Positions 62,663 through 64,000 of a stretch of 64,000 bases of DNA are shown here, piece after piece. Where the stretch lies: positions 768,001 to 832,000 of the forward strand of contig OY775910.1 of assembly GCA_963675245.1 (NCBI GenBank). The letters run 5' to 3'. The stretch's first letter is position 1. The number at the start of each line of letters is the position of its first letter. The translations under genes and the position numbers were made by a program. The notes below the pieces were generated by a model. That model had not been told where the DNA came from, ran no database searches, and saw only the letters and a list, made by a program, of their open reading frames with translations. The DNA is from Acholeplasmataceae bacterium. GTDB lineage: Bacteria; Bacillota_I; Bacilli_A; Acholeplasmatales; Acholeplasmataceae.

Positions 62663-64000
62663 ATGGGATTTATCAAAAAGTTCTTCAAGCTTGAAGAACG
62701 TGGTACGAACGTTCGTACTGAAGTCGTCGGGGGACTTGTAACATTCTTAGCTATGGTTTACATCGTTGGTGTTAACCCTAGTATTCTTAGTGGTGGTGGA
62801 TTCCCTGCTGGTGGTGTATTCTTTGGTACTGCTTTAGCAGCTGGTGTCGCGACTATCTTAATGGGTTTAATAGCAAATTACCCAATCGCGCTTGCTCCTG
62901 GTATGGGCGTTAATGCTGTTGTTGCATTCACATTAACATATAGCATGGGCTTCACATGGCAAGAAGCATTAGCAGTTGTCTTAGTGTCTGGTATTATCTT
63001 CTTAATCATTTCACTTACACCTGTTAGAACATGGATTATCAATGCTGTTCCAAGAAGCTTGAAAAAAGCAATTGGTGCTGCAATTGGTTTCTTCATCGCA
63101 TTTATCGGTTTACAAAATGCTGGCATTATCATGGATGACGCGAATACTCTAGTTAAACTTGGTCATTTCGATGATCCAACAGTATTACTTGCATTATTCG
63201 GAATCGTTGTTGTTTTCGTATTATACTCATTAAGAAATAAAATTTCTAAATTTGCATTAATTATTTCTATGTTAGCTACAGCAGTTGTTGGTGTAGTTCT
63301 TGGCTTAGTTGGTGTTGCAGGTATGCCAGCATTTGATTCATTCAACTATAGTTTATTATCAGAAGTTCCTGAAACAATGGGTGGTGTTTGGGTTGGTATT
63401 AGTACGATTTGGACAAATCCACAACTAGCTTTTGCATTATTCACTTTATTATATATTGACATTTTCGATACAGCTGGTACACTTATCGCTGTTTCTGAAC
63501 CTGCTGGCTTATTAAATGAAAAAGGTGAATTAGAAAACGTTAATAAAGCAATGTTAGTTGATGCTATTGGTACAACATTCGGTGCATTAGTTGGTACTTC
63601 TACAGTAACATCTTATATTGAATCTAGTGCTGGTATCGAATATGGTGCTAGAACTGGTTTATCATCAGTTGTTGTTGGTCTACTTTTCTTAGTCACAATC
63701 GCATTATTCCCAATCTTCAATATTTTTATTAACTACTCAGCTTTGACTTCAATGGCATTAGTCCTTGTTGGTGTTCTTATGTTCTCACAAATTAAAGACA
63801 TTGACTGGAAAGATACACCTATCTTACTTTCAGCTTTCGTTACAATCATCATGACTATGTTAACTTATAAGATTGGTGAAGGGATTGCTTTCGGATTCAT
63901 CACATACGTTGTTTCAATGGTTGCTCAAAAACGTTTCAAAGAAGTTAGCCCAATGATGTATGCTTTATCAGTTGTATTCTTAGTATACTTCGTTTTATAT
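62663..64000 (+). CDS. NCS2/AzgA family purine permease (runs off the window end; not in ORF track)
   Basis: MGFIKKFFKLEERGTNVRTE, APGMG, FDTAGT, YIESSAG; downstream of a purine riboswitch. Confidence 0.92.
   Translation, partial: MGFIKKFFKLEERGTNVRTEVVGGLVTFLAMVYIVGVNPSILSGGGFPAGGVFFGTALAAGVATILMGLIANYPIALAPGMGVNAVVAFTLTYSMGFTWQEALAVVLVSGIIFLIISLTPVRTWIINAVPRSLKKAIGAAIGFFIAFIGLQNAGIIMDDANTLVKLGHFDDPTVLLALFGIVVVFVLYSLRNKISKFALIISMLATAVVGVVLGLVGVAGMPAFDSFNYSLLSEVPETMGGVWVGISTIWTNPQLAFALFTLLYIDIFDTAGTLIAVSEPAGLLNEKGELENVNKAMLVDAIGTTFGALVGTSTVTSYIESSAGIEYGARTGLSSVVVGLLFLVTIALFPIFNIFINYSALTSMALVLVGVLMFSQIKDIDWKDTPILLSAFVTIIMTMLTYKIGEGIAFGFITYVVSMVAQKRFKEVSPMMYALSVVFLVYFVLY

Noticed and set aside
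11462..63345. Antisense or alternate-frame ORFs inside long genes (e.g. 11462-11710, 23893-24279, 31969-32289, 62878-63132, 63163-63345)
   Set aside because: They overlap well-supported genes and have no recognisable motifs.

Overview
Low-GC chromosomal window, most likely from an Acholeplasmataceae-like mollicute (UGA used as stop, CCA-encoded tRNAs, Firmicute-type gene order). In order it contains: the 3' end of 16S, tRNA-Ile/Ala, 23S, 5S and an 11-tRNA cluster ending in tRNA-Phe; an accessory region (about 4.7-19.8 kb); degV/marR/glucokinase and a degenerate PTS Enzyme I-like gene; the complete S10-spc-alpha ribosomal cluster; about 10 kb of mixed genes; ecfAAT-truA-tmk-holB-ricT-rsmI; T-box-metG; a fructose PTS cluster; and a guanine riboswitch with a partial NCS2 permease. 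The standout feature lies directly downstream of tRNA-Phe: a head-to-tail array of about 12-14 unrelated single-gene cassettes. They are separated by copies of a ~90-bp unit made of a conserved non-tRNA arm (WGYATGAAAC), the 3' half of tRNA-Phe starting at the anticodon arm, and the tRNA's terminator. Most cassettes have their own sigma70-type promoter and RBS. No recombinase is encoded in the window. The architecture suggests an integron-like gene-capture platform that uses the tRNA-Phe anticodon loop as its recombination core. The repeat structure is seen directly; the mechanism and novelty are inference.
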